Of a stretch of 64,000 nucleotides of DNA, positions 47,900-57,432 are shown one piece after another. Within the stretch, counting starts at the first letter, position 1. Each line of letters opens with the position of its first letter. The notes beneath the pieces were generated by a model. It worked only from the letters and a program-made list of their open reading frames with translations. It had not been told where the DNA came from and searched no databases. The DNA comes from Smithellaceae bacterium (GTDB taxonomy: Bacteria > Desulfobacterota > Syntrophia > Syntrophales > Smithellaceae), in contig CAXXVL010000001.1 in the NCBI GenBank assembly GCA_963667845.2, forward strand, positions 32,001 to 96,000, written 5' to 3'. Position numbers and translations under genes: made by a program.

Positions 47900-49171
47900 A
47901 TGCACCCCATGCCTATAAGAATCTTCTTTGCCCTAATTGTATTTGTTATTTGCTACGCTTTCCCATTGCATGCAACCACGGAACGGCGCATCGCCCTGGT
48001 TATCGGCAACGGCACTTACAGTTTCGGCCCCCTCAAAAACCCCGTTAATGATGCCACCGATATGGCTGCTGCACTCCGGAAACTCGGTTTCAATGTCATC
48101 CTGAAGAAGAACGCCAATCTTGAGATAATGGAGGAAGCCGTCGAGGACTTCGGGAACAGGCTGAAAAGGGGTGGCGTGGGTCTGTTCTTTTATGCCGGAC
48201 ATGGAGTTCAGGTGAACGGCGTTAACTACCTGATTCCCATAGGGGCTAAAATCAACAAGGAATCGGACGTCCGGTTCAAAGCCTTCGACGCGGGACGTGT
48301 ACTCGCCGAGATGGAGAACGCTAACAATGGCCTGAACATCCTGTTGCTGGACGCCTGCCGTGATAATCCCTTCGGTAAAAGTTTCCGCAGTGCCAGTCGG
48401 GGTTTGGCTATTGTGAGCAATGCTCCGACTGGCACCTTCATTTCATACTCGACCGGCCCCGGCCAAGTGGCGAGAGATGGTGAGGGCCGTAACAGCCCTT
48501 ATACAAAAGCCCTCCTTCAGTATATGCAGGAGACGAACGTTCCTATTAGCAATGTGTTTATGAAGGTTCGCCAGAAACTACGCAATGAAACCGGTCAGGT
48601 GCCCTGGGAATTGTCTTCTCTTGAAGGAGATTTCTTCTTTATTCCTCAAGGTGGTCGAACCAGCACGTTGTCTAATGCATCTTCTGTTGCTACAAGTTCG
48701 ACATCACATCCTGATTCCGATGCATTGCTGCGTGAAAAGAAGACGTTGGAACGGGAGCGGCAAGAACTGGTGCGCCAGAAAGAGGAAGTGGAGCGGCAAA
48801 AGGCTCTTGATACCGAAAGGGAACAGTTGGCCGCCGCAAGTCATCCGCAGACCTCCCGGAAGAACAGTCAAGATAAGGAACTGATTAACTACAACAATTT
48901 TGTAGGGGTTTGGCGGGTAGGATTAGCAGGCACTAAACTCAGGATCAGCATTCAGGCTGGAGAGATTGTAGTCGAGATATGGAATAGCCGGAATGGTGAA
49001 CGTTCAAAAATCAGCAACGTCATTGCGGAGGGAAGTAATCTCCGTTTCACATCATATTTTGCTTCGGCAAATTGGACTATTAATTATGATTGTGCCACGG
49101 TCAATGATCACGAGATGCGATGTACTCGCTCAGGGAACACTGACGGCGTTGCCCATTGGATCAAAGAATAA
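47900..49171 (+). CDS. Secreted caspase-like (peptidase C14) protein with coiled coil and C-terminal beta domain
   Basis: Signal peptide; RIALVIGN, L.NPVNDA, YAGHG, LDACR, NSPYT.AL, Q.PW. Confidence 0.9.
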   Translation: MHPMPIRIFFALIVFVICYAFPLHATTERRIALVIGNGTYSFGPLKNPVNDATDMAAALRKLGFNVILKKNANLEIMEEAVEDFGNRLKRGGVGLFFYAGHGVQVNGVNYLIPIGAKINKESDVRFKAFDAGRVLAEMENANNGLNILLLDACRDNPFGKSFRSASRGLAIVSNAPTGTFISYSTGPGQVARDGEGRNSPYTKALLQYMQETNVPISNVFMKVRQKLRNETGQVPWELSSLEGDFFFIPQGGRTSTLSNASSVATSSTSHPDSDALLREKKTLERERQELVRQKEEVERQKALDTEREQLAAASHPQTSRKNSQDKELINYNNFVGVWRVGLAGTKLRISIQAGEIVVEIWNSRNGERSKISNVIAEGSNLRFTSYFASANWTINYDCATVNDHEMRCTRSGNTDGVAHWIKE

Positions 49172-49594
49172 CTCCAGACGCACTATCCCCGCCTTAACTC
49201 CCATCGGGGATCGCAACGGCCGAGCCTTCCCAGTACGTTCTGTCAAAGAGATTATTTGTCATTTACTTCTCTGATCAAAAGAATCGGGGCTTGGTATCTT
49301 TCTTTCGTTAATCGGCAATTCCGTAAACAAGGGTTCAGTGTTTGTTAGTAGGTGAATTCACTAAGTAGCTCTTCCTTCAACCGACCTTGCCCCCGAAACC
49401 TTTTAACAGCATAAAGCTGCAAATCTCCGCCCCTTGATCTGCACCAAAAAGACATTCTGAATTTATGATGATTTTAGATTCGACGGGAATCATAAAGTAG
49501 TGTTGTTCAGGAAGTGGACTCGTGCCAGTCCCGCCTGCGTGCGCCTGGTGATTCTGCCTCAGGGATTCGAAAAATCCGCGATCAAAAGCCACGC

Positions 49595-50482
49595 TCATCG
49601 ATTCTTGTCCAGAATGGCAAGAAAGGCAGTCAAAAGCGCCGTCCGATATCCGCCGCCTCTTCTGGTCAGGATGACCAGGTTTCGGCGCAGATCAAGCGGG
49701 GTGTCCACCTCCACAAGCCACTTATGGGACAATTCCCGGGCTACGGCCATCCGGGATAAACAGCTGACACCCAGGCCCGCTTCCACTGCCTTCTTGATCG
49801 CCTCGGTATGCCCGAGCTCCATGGCCGCCGTCCAGTTGATCTTTTTGCGGTTCATCGCCGATTCGAATACTTCCCGGGTTCCCGATCCCTTTTCCCGCAT
49901 GATCCAGGGCGCCCCTGCCAGCATCGACTTCGATGCTTTGCGGGGGCGAGCCCAGGCATGATTCCTGCCCGCGATCACAACCAGTTCATCGTCTCTCCAG
50001 ACAGCCGTCTCAAGCGATCGGATATGAGAAGGTCCTTCGATAATCCCCATGTCCAGATTGCCATTTTCCAGGGCCTGTTCGATCTGGACGGTATTGCCCA
50101 CCTGCAAGAGCGCCCTGGCCCGCGGATAGCGCTCGGAAAGCCTTGCGATGAGAGCGGGGAGAAGGTAATTGCCGACGGTCGTGCTGGCCCCGACTTTCAA
50201 AACGCCGATCGGTTCGCCTATCGATTCAGTCAGCAGCTGTTCGATCGTCCCGACCTGCCTGAGAACATCCTGCACTTTTTCCAGAATCAGACGCCCCCGG
50301 TCATTGAGCAGCAGCTTTTTCCCCCGGCGCTCAAATAGCGGCGCGCCGGCAAATTTCTCCAGCCCGGTAATGGCCATGCTGACAGCCGATTGGGTGATGA
50401 ACAATTGCTCGCTCGCCTTCGTGACATGTCCGCAAGCGGCGACTTTTTCGAAGATTTCCAACTGCCTCACGGGAATGGTCAT
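49595..50482 (-). CDS. LysR family regulator (YeiE/CysL-like)
   Basis: N-term HTH (TKASEQL.ITQSAVS..LE..LFER), GASTT.GNY, REKGSGTR; divergent from yeiH-like gene. Confidence 0.93.
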   Translation of the reverse strand: MTIPVRQLEIFEKVAACGHVTKASEQLFITQSAVSMAITGLEKFAGAPLFERRGKKLLLNDRGRLILEKVQDVLRQVGTIEQLLTESIGEPIGVLKVGASTTVGNYLLPALIARLSERYPRARALLQVGNTVQIEQALENGNLDMGIIEGPSHIRSLETAVWRDDELVVIAGRNHAWARPRKASKSMLAGAPWIMREKGSGTREVFESAMNRKKINWTAAMELGHTEAIKKAVEAGLGVSCLSRMAVARELSHKWLVEVDTPLDLRRNLVILTRRGGGYRTALLTAFLAILDKNR

Positions 50483-50630
50483 TGGTTTTCCTTTATAAAT
50501 ATTACTGATGATTGTCTTAAATATTATGAATTTTTATTTATCATTAAAAGGGCCTATGCTGCAAACGAAAAATACCGGAGGGGCCGGGAGGTTCCGGCCG
50601 GGAAGATTCCGGTATCCAAAGGGGGAAGAA

Positions 50631-51737
50631 ATGGTGCGCAAACTGAGTATCAAAGGAAAGAAGATGGTCATCGCATCAGGGTTGATCGTCAGAGGGTTGC
50701 TCCTGGCCGTCGGGGTGGCCGCCGCCGCGCGGCTTGCGCATCAGTTACTTCCCGGGCCGATAGGCAAGATGGTCAGCGACATCGTCATCGCGATTCTGCT
50801 CGGGCTTTTTATCCGCAACGTCATCGGTCTTTCTCCGGGCTATGATCCTGGAGTCAAGTTCGCTGTGGTGCGAGTACTTAGGCTGGGCATTGTCCTTCTC
50901 GGGTTACGGCTGAGCCTGCAGGATATCGCCGATACGGGCGGGACGGCGATTCTGCTGGTCTTTGCCTGCATTACCATCGCACTCGCAACGACTTACGCGG
51001 TCGGCCGCCTGTTTAAAATCCCACCCCGCCTTAGTGCGCTGATCGGCGTCGGAACATCGATCTGCGGCAATACCGCCATCGTGGCAACGGCGCCCGCCAT
51101 CGAGGCGAAAGAAGAGGAAGTTAGCTTCGCCGTCGCCGTCATTACGCTCTTCGGCCTGATCGCGGTTATCATTTACCCCATCGTCGGGCAGGCTCTGGGA
51201 CTCGGCAATACGGCGTTCGGGCTGTGGGCCGGCACCGCCGTCAACGACACGTCCCAGGTCGTCGCCGTCGGGGCTGCGCACAGTCCGGAGGCGCTCAGCG
51301 TGGCTACCGTTGTAAAGCTGATGCGCAACACGATCATGGCGCCCCTGATCATCGTTATGGGGCTTTTCTTGAGGCAGCGCGCATCGTCTGATCCTGCCCA
51401 ACCGCGGTCGGTCGTCCCGCGCGGGGGGATTCTCATTCCCTGGTTCGTGATCGGCTTTCTGACCATGTCGCTCATCCGCACCTCCGGCATCGGTGCCGGA
51501 ATTCTGCCCAGGGACGTTGCCCGGCCCGGAGACTTGCAGACGGCGGCATCGATGCTCAATGCCTTTGATGCCCTGGCCAAGTTTGCCATTCTCACCGCAC
51601 TGGCGGGCGTCGGTTTGGGGACGCGTCTGCAAACGGTTTTCCGGATCGGTCTGAAACCTTTTGCGCTTGGCCTGTGCGTTTCCATCGTCCTGTCCGCGGC
51701 GAGTCTGGGCCTGATCATTGTCTTCGGGATGGGATAA
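50631..51737 (+). CDS. YeiH/PSE family putative sulfate exporter
   Basis: LRLGIVLLG, GTSICG.TAI.A, G.WAGTAVNDTSQV.A, VKL.R, PWF..GF. Confidence 0.92.
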   Translation: MVRKLSIKGKKMVIASGLIVRGLLLAVGVAAAARLAHQLLPGPIGKMVSDIVIAILLGLFIRNVIGLSPGYDPGVKFAVVRVLRLGIVLLGLRLSLQDIADTGGTAILLVFACITIALATTYAVGRLFKIPPRLSALIGVGTSICGNTAIVATAPAIEAKEEEVSFAVAVITLFGLIAVIIYPIVGQALGLGNTAFGLWAGTAVNDTSQVVAVGAAHSPEALSVATVVKLMRNTIMAPLIIVMGLFLRQRASSDPAQPRSVVPRGGILIPWFVIGFLTMSLIRTSGIGAGILPRDVARPGDLQTAASMLNAFDALAKFAILTALAGVGLGTRLQTVFRIGLKPFALGLCVSIVLSAASLGLIIVFGMG

Positions 51738-52028
51738 GGCGCCTGTTTCTCCTTGATGCCAATATCTTTGAATTCTTTAAGAAAAAAAATTTGTGATCTG
51801 TCTTTAGACAAGGTGGGCGGATCCAGGGCGCTTTTCGGGGCATGACGTTCCCGTCTAATGATTTTGCTTTTCGTCCGTCTTCGGTTATCGCGATTTTCCG
51901 TGAAACGGGCTTCGGTTCCGCGTTCGTGAAAACTTCATTGGAATCAGGTCGCCAAGACATTTTGCGTTGACATGCGCGACCCGTTTCCTTATACTCCCGG
52001 TCAGCAAAATTGCATAAGGAATCACCTG

Positions 52029-52811
52029 ATGACTATCAACCTCAAAACCGAAGATCATATTTTGTTTATCGAAGTCGACCGGCCGAAAAAATACAACGCC
52101 ATGACGCAGGAAATGTATCACCAGCTGGGCCGGGCGTATTTTAAGCTCGATGCCGATCCCGACGCCCGTGTCGGCCTGGTGTATGCCGTCGGTCCTCATT
52201 TTACAGCGGGGCTGGAACTCACGGACTGGGGCGGGACCTTCGACGCCGGAAAAGGTTTTCCCTTTGTCCCGGAGGATGAAATTGACCCGTTTTACATGAT
52301 GAGCGAAACCCGCTGCCGCAAGCCCATCGTTCTGGCCGTCCAGGGCTATTGTTACACCTGGGGCTTTGAGATGATGCTCAACACCGATATCCGGGTTGCC
52401 GCCACCGACACGCGCTTCGGCATGCTGGAGGTGAAGCGCGGATTCTTTCCGGGTGCCGGGGCGACGCTGAGGCTCGCCTGCGAGATCGGCTGGGCCAACG
52501 CGATGCGTTACATGCTGACGGGCGACGAAATGAGCGGGCCGGAGGCTTACCGCCTGGGGCTGGTTCAGGAGCTTGCCGAACCCGGGCAGCAGTTCGACCG
52601 CGCACTGGAAATAGCCAGGCACGTAGCCGCTGCCGCACCGCTGGGTGTTGAGTATGCTTTAAAATTAAGCCGTCTGGCCGCGCGTGAGGGCGAAGAAGCC
52701 GGCAAGGGTTTGGTTTATCCGGCGATGGAAGAGGTCATGAAAAGCGAAGATATGAAAGAAGGTCTGCAATCGTTTATCGAAAGGCGCGCCGCGGTATTTA
52801 AGGGGAAATAA
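52029..52811 (+). CDS. Crotonase/enoyl-CoA hydratase family protein
   Basis: RP.K.NA, HFTAGL, KP...AVQG, EVKRG.FP.AGAT, EG..SF.ERR.A.FKG. Confidence 0.93.
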   Translation: MTINLKTEDHILFIEVDRPKKYNAMTQEMYHQLGRAYFKLDADPDARVGLVYAVGPHFTAGLELTDWGGTFDAGKGFPFVPEDEIDPFYMMSETRCRKPIVLAVQGYCYTWGFEMMLNTDIRVAATDTRFGMLEVKRGFFPGAGATLRLACEIGWANAMRYMLTGDEMSGPEAYRLGLVQELAEPGQQFDRALEIARHVAAAAPLGVEYALKLSRLAAREGEEAGKGLVYPAMEEVMKSEDMKEGLQSFIERRAAVFKGK

Positions 52812-52999
52812 CGCGGAGAGCGGAGTCGGTAAAGAAGGCGGACGAATGTTGTTTAACGGCAGTAAATGAAAAACGGCTTTGCATTACTGATGCTCTGGCA
52901 GGAGGCATGTACACGGATCTGGAAAAGTGAGCTGCGTGTTTGCAGGGACAAGGATTCGTTTCATTTTGCGCCTTTAATTTTCTTGAGGAGGGATTCAGT

Positions 53000-54826
53000 A
53001 TGGCTCACAGTAATTGGTTGTATCAGACGCGGGACATCATGTTCCAGATCAAAGAGTGGCTCGGCGTGGAAAAGCTCTTGGGCCTTGACGCGTATAAGGA
53101 TTACTACGGGATGGACGACATCGACAGCTTTCTCGATGTCAATTTCAAAGTTTGCCGCGACGTGATGTGTCCCGCCAACAAAGACGCCGATGAACCCGGC
53201 GCGAAATTTGTGGGCGGCAATGAACATGCGGTGGTGACTCCCGACTCGTTCAAGAACGTTTATAAAACTATTATGGATGCGGAGCTGGGCCCCCAGTTCG
53301 GCTACCGCGGCGAAGGCAAAATACCGCTGTGCTGGTATGCTCCGATTCTGGAGATGCAGTCCGCCGCGTCGCCGTCGATCGTCATGTTCTGGTGTCTGAC
53401 GCAGGGCGCGATCACCGTGCTTCATGAATTTGCCACGCAAAAACAGCAGGACCTGTTCATCCCCAAACTGCGGACCGGCGAATGGGGCGGCACCATGGGG
53501 CTTACCGAACCGGGCGCAGGCTCCGAAGTCGGCGCGGTTCAAAGCAAGGCTTTTCCCACCGACACGCCCGGCAAGTACAAACTCACCGGGACGAAATGCT
53601 TCATCTCTTCCGGAGACCATGACCTGGCCCAAAACATCATTCACCTGATGCTGGCCAAGACGCCGGGCGCCAAAGAAGGCACCGCCGGCATATCGCTTTT
53701 CATCGTACCCAAGTTCTGGGTCAACGAGGACGGCTCGCAGGGCGCCTGGAATGACGTCACCACCATGGGGATTGAGCACAAACTGGGCATTCACGGTTCA
53801 ACGACCGCCACTTTGTCCATGGGTGAAAACGATAACTGCTACGGCTGGATCGTCGGCGAAGCGGAAGTGAAAGACGGCCGCGGCATCGGCATGAAGCAGA
53901 TGTTTGCCTATATGAACGAAGAGCGCCTGAACACGGGCTTGTTCTCGTTGGGCTGCATCGGTTCCGCCTATTACGCCGCATTGGATTACACCAAGCTGCG
54001 CGTGCAGAGCAAGCATTCCACCAACCCCAAGGGCCCCAGCGTCCGGATCATCGAACACGAAGACGTCCGCCGCATGCTGCTGTCCCAGAAGTCGATTCTG
54101 GAGGCCTGCCGGTCGCTCATTTACAAGTCCTATCTCTACCGCGACCTGGCGGTAGATGCCGCCACGCCCGAAGAGCGGGAATATTATGATGATATGTTTG
54201 CGATCAACAATCCCATGTGCAAGGCTTATACATCCGATATGGCGAGGCTCACCACCAGCGACGCCATCAACTGCCATGGCGGCTATGGTTTCACGGAAGA
54301 GTACGCCCCGGCGGAACTGTACCGGGACGTTGTGATTTACGGAATCTGGGAAGGCACCAACTTCATCCAGGCTCAGGATTATACCGGCCGCAAGTTCACC
54401 ATGAAGGACGGCGCGCCGTTCAAAAAATGGGTAGCCCAAATCGACGACTTCGTCGCCGGCAAGAAGACGGATGAGTTTGCGGCGGAATTTGCAATGATGG
54501 CGGAAGCCATGACGGCCTTCAAAGACATCGTCAACATGAATGACGCCTGGACGAAGGGCGACAAACAGATGAAACAACTTTTTGCCACCCGGACCCTGCA
54601 TGCAGGCGCCAGAGTCTACTGCGGCATGCTGCTTTTGGACCAGGCGCTTCTGGCTTCGGCAAAGATGAAAGAGAAAGGCGAAATCGACGCCGATTTCTAC
54701 AAAGGCAAAATTGCCACGGCCCGGTTCTATGTCATGAATCATGTTCCCGATATCTTCGGATATCTTAAAACCATGAAGTACGGCGACCGCAGCGCCATTG
54801 ATATCCCCGAAGAAAGCTTCATGTAG
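53000..54826 (+). CDS. Acyl-CoA dehydrogenase (long FadE5-like type)
   Basis: GTMGLTEP.AGS, GTK.FISSG.HD, EHKLGIHGS.T, MNEERL, I.H.DVRRML, HGGYG, IWEGTN.IQA.D. Confidence 0.95.
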   Translation: MAHSNWLYQTRDIMFQIKEWLGVEKLLGLDAYKDYYGMDDIDSFLDVNFKVCRDVMCPANKDADEPGAKFVGGNEHAVVTPDSFKNVYKTIMDAELGPQFGYRGEGKIPLCWYAPILEMQSAASPSIVMFWCLTQGAITVLHEFATQKQQDLFIPKLRTGEWGGTMGLTEPGAGSEVGAVQSKAFPTDTPGKYKLTGTKCFISSGDHDLAQNIIHLMLAKTPGAKEGTAGISLFIVPKFWVNEDGSQGAWNDVTTMGIEHKLGIHGSTTATLSMGENDNCYGWIVGEAEVKDGRGIGMKQMFAYMNEERLNTGLFSLGCIGSAYYAALDYTKLRVQSKHSTNPKGPSVRIIEHEDVRRMLLSQKSILEACRSLIYKSYLYRDLAVDAATPEEREYYDDMFAINNPMCKAYTSDMARLTTSDAINCHGGYGFTEEYAPAELYRDVVIYGIWEGTNFIQAQDYTGRKFTMKDGAPFKKWVAQIDDFVAGKKTDEFAAEFAMMAEAMTAFKDIVNMNDAWTKGDKQMKQLFATRTLHAGARVYCGMLLLDQALLASAKMKEKGEIDADFYKGKIATARFYVMNHVPDIFGYLKTMKYGDRSAIDIPEESFM

Positions 54827-54866
54827 GCTTTTAGACTGTAGGCTGTTAGGCTGTGGTAAAAAATTT

Positions 54867-55147
54867 GTCATTCCCGCGAAGGCGGGAATCCACTTTTGTC
54901 ATTACGAGCCGCCTCTCAGGCGGCGTGGTAATCTCATGTATTTCTCGAAAGGCTGAAGCGCGAATGATGCGCTTCAGCCTTTCGTCTTAACGGAAAGCTG
55001 GAATGAGCCAAGAAGAGAGTTGACCCGCTTCGGCTTTCAGTGCAAGCGTTTTCGTCATTGCGAACCGTCTCTACCCTAAAGGGCACGCGTCAGACGATGT
55101 GGCAATCTTTTCCACCGTCATTCCGGCGAAGACTGTGGTGGCAATCT
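54867..55147. repeat. Cluster of REP-like palindromes beginning with GTCATT
   Basis: GTCATTCCCGCGAAGGCGGGAATCCA (54867-54892); GTCATTACGAG...GGTAATCTC (54898-54935); GTCATTGCGA...GGCAATCT (55054-55108); GTCATTCCGGCGAAG...GCAATCT (55117-55147). Confidence 0.75.
54946..54984. terminator. Strong hairpin (terminator-like), copy 1 of an inverted pair
   Basis: CGAAAGGCTGAAGCGC-GAATGAT-GCGCTTCAGCCTTTCG. Confidence 0.7.
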
Positions 55148-55203
55148 TGTATTCTAAAAGGTGGCAGTTACACCGAGGCATGCCTTTGCTCAATGTCCTC
55201 GAC

Positions 55204-55296
55204 TGTGGCGCTAAGCGTGCTCCGCTACAGCCGAAAACTCGCCCTTCGGGCTCAAACAGTTCGGCTGTCTGACGCTATGCCGCGCCAAGCGCCACA
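55204..55296. repeat. Nested palindromic (MITE/REP-like) element
   Basis: TGTGGCGCT/AGCGCCACA outer arms, ACAGCCGAA/TTCGGCTGT inner arms, central AAACTCGCCCTTCGGGCTCAAAC. Confidence 0.6.
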
Positions 55297-55424
55297 ACGT
55301 CTCGGCCATGATTCGCGCAGTCAAGCCCCGGTGCAACTGCGATTCATTAAAGATTGATTGATGTCTACTGATTGGATGAATAGTAACTTACAATTTTTGG
55401 GCGTCCTCTTGTGTAACCCTCAAA

Positions 55425-55459
55425 AAAGGCTGAAGCGCATCATTCGCGTTTCAGCCTTT
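55425..55459. repeat. Inverted second copy of the 35-bp hairpin at 54948-54982
   Basis: AAAGGCTGAAGCGCATCATTCGCGTTTCAGCCTTT is the reverse complement of 54948-54982 with 1 mismatch. Confidence 0.85.
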
Positions 55460-55658
55460 TTACTTATCGGACAAATTTCCTTTGCTATGCCCGCCCAAGT
55501 ATTTCCCGGTAATCAAGACCAAAAGCCGTGTATCAAAATTTCATAGTGCTTGATTTAATGACGAATTATCTCTTTTCATTCAGATTTGAAAAGAGTAGGA
55601 TGGTAACAAATTCCGGGAAAAACCAGCTGCGGTATATTAATTGTCAGGAGTAGGATAA

Positions 55659-56048
55659 ATGAAAATAACATCACTGTTTGCTCCCATTGAAAAACTTATT
55701 ACCGAGCATGGCTCTGCTGTTATACAAGAGAAGCATATTGCCTTGCTGAAAGAGCAGCTTACGCTTCTCAAAGAAAAGTTCTCTGTTCTTGAATCTGAGA
55801 ATGAAACACTTAAAACTGAGAATCAAAATCTTAAAACCGATAATGAACAACTGAAAAAGAAAACAGAAGAATATAAAAACACGCTTCACAAAAAACCTCC
55901 AAAGAAAGAATACGTTTGCCCACGTTGTCATGAACCAGCATTTAGACTTATTAAACAACTTCCACATCCAAATGACTTTTTTGCAAATAACGGTGTGAAG
56001 GTGCGTCTACATCGATGTGAGAAATGTCATTATGAAGAAACAATATAA
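55659..56048 (+). CDS. Hypothetical coiled-coil + Zn-ribbon protein (gene cassette 1)
   Basis: AT-rich; heptad coiled coil (ENETLKTENQNLKTDNEQLK), CPRC...CEKC; followed by attC. Confidence 0.75.
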   Translation: MKITSLFAPIEKLITEHGSAVIQEKHIALLKEQLTLLKEKFSVLESENETLKTENQNLKTDNEQLKKKTEEYKNTLHKKPPKKEYVCPRCHEPAFRLIKQLPHPNDFFANNGVKVRLHRCEKCHYEETI

Positions 56049-56050
56049 CC

Positions 56051-56105
56051 TCCTAACCCTTCAATCAAGCCGATCGGTACGCTCCGGCTGATTTGTGAGT
56101 TCGGA
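56051..56105 (+). other. Integron attC site
   Basis: R'' TCCTAAC, 5 nt, L'' AATCAAGC ... L' GCTGATT (complement of L'' minus one extrahelical base), 5 nt, R' GTTCGGA; 2 nt after the stop codon. Confidence 0.75.
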
Positions 56106-56133
56106 GCGATTAACCATTTTTCATGGTAAATCT

Positions 56134-56862
56134 ATGGAAGAGCGTTTTATAAATCTTGCAAGACCAGACGAAATTGTCACAGAACTATTTCACGACAATT
56201 TGGAAGTGCTAAATGAGTTCTCTGTATATTTTTCCAAAGAGCTTCTTGAATTCGCTGAATTGTTTTCAGAAGCATATAAAAAACATTTAGAATTGAACTT
56301 ATTAGTAAAGGACACTGATAACAAACAAAAGGCATATGTATCAGCGTTAACATACTTACTGCTTGACAATCTATTAACATCGGTGAAGCTTTTTATATTG
56401 GGCTATGAGATTCCTTCTGGAAATCTTATGAGACAGGTTATTGAATCTGTTGCACTCGCTACTCTTTGTTCCCTAAGAGATAAAATTAAAATTACGGCTA
56501 AAGATAATAAAACGAAAGATATCCACTTCTATACAAGTTTTATTAATCGTAAATCGGAAGCAAAGTCATTTTTGGCCTTAAAATATTTGGAAGAGAATCA
56601 TGATAAGCTGCACATTAACAAGGATGCAATTGACTCTCTAAAGAAGACAAAAACTTTTTATCACTATTTTAGCCATCCAGGAGAAATGGGCTTGGCGTCA
56701 TTGGTGTCTTTCGAAGAAACTTGCAAATCATATATATGTGGTGGCTTTGATAGAGGAAAAAGTGAACAGTACAAAAAGGAACTTGTACAGAGAATAAACT
56801 TTTGTAAAATATTACCAAATCTTTTTCAGAGCTTAATTAATAATGTTAAACAATTGTCATGA
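56134..56862 (+). CDS. Hypothetical all-helical protein, possibly HEPN/DUF5677-like (gene cassette 2)
   Basis: AT-rich; G....S..LMRQVIE and FYHYFSHP patterns; flanked by attC-like sites. Confidence 0.65.
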   Translation: MEERFINLARPDEIVTELFHDNLEVLNEFSVYFSKELLEFAELFSEAYKKHLELNLLVKDTDNKQKAYVSALTYLLLDNLLTSVKLFILGYEIPSGNLMRQVIESVALATLCSLRDKIKITAKDNKTKDIHFYTSFINRKSEAKSFLALKYLEENHDKLHINKDAIDSLKKTKTFYHYFSHPGEMGLASLVSFEETCKSYICGGFDRGKSEQYKKELVQRINFCKILPNLFQSLINNVKQLS

Positions 56863-56877
56863 GAATATTAATTGAAC

Positions 56878-56944
56878 GCCGAACAAACCGCTCAAGCCCG
56901 CTCGCGGCCCCGCTCGGCTGCTCCGGTTCAACTCGTCGTTCGGC
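56878..56944 (+). other. Degenerate integron attC site
   Basis: Perfectly complementary R boxes GCCGAAC / GTTCGGC with 5-nt spacers; L boxes (GCTCAAGC / GTTCAAC) only partly complementary. Confidence 0.55.
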
Positions 56945-56977
56945 AAATAACAAACCGAGCAACAGGAGGAACACACG

Positions 56978-57349
56978 ATGATCCCGGAAAAATTGCTGGA
57001 AATCATGAAAAAAGACGGGGTCGTTGCCATTGCAACGTTGGGAAAGGATGGGCCGCATATGGTCAACACCTGGAATAGCTACACCAGAATATCATCAGAC
57101 GGACGATTGTTTATCCCTGCGGGTTACATGCATAAGACAGAGGCGAACGTTGCTTACAATCCGAATGTGCTGATTACGCTGGGAAGCAGCAAGGTTGAAG
57201 GTTTGCATGGCGCGGGTGCCGGTTTCCGGATCAAAGGGAAGGCGGCCTTTATAACGTCCGGACCTGATTTTGATTTCATGAAAGAAAAGTTCAGTTGGCT
57301 GCGCGCCACCCTGGCTGTTACAATTGAATCTGCCACTCAAACTTGGTGA
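56978..57349 (+). CDS. FMN-binding split-barrel protein (pyridoxamine 5'-phosphate oxidase family)
   Basis: GVVAIAT.G.DGPH.VNTWNSY, MHKTEANV, LGS.KV.G..G.G.GF; resembles the Desulfovibrio FMN-binding protein. AGGAGG RBS. Confidence 0.88.
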   Translation: MIPEKLLEIMKKDGVVAIATLGKDGPHMVNTWNSYTRISSDGRLFIPAGYMHKTEANVAYNPNVLITLGSSKVEGLHGAGAGFRIKGKAAFITSGPDFDFMKEKFSWLRATLAVTIESATQTW

Positions 57350-57432
57350 AACACAATTGCAAGATTGAACCGGCTGAAACGGGAAAATTTCTTTACAAAA
57401 CAATTCTTAGTAAAATTGCATGGGAGGTGGAT

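Noticed and set aside
21395..54871. Long antisense ORFs (e.g. 21395-22765, 32390-33856, 39511-40509, 53798-54871)
   Set aside because: They are shadow frames opposite well-supported genes in GC-rich DNA and carry no protein motifs.
54827..55500. CRISPR array
   Set aside because: The repeats are heterogeneous palindromes without constant repeat-spacer periodicity, and there are no cas genes.
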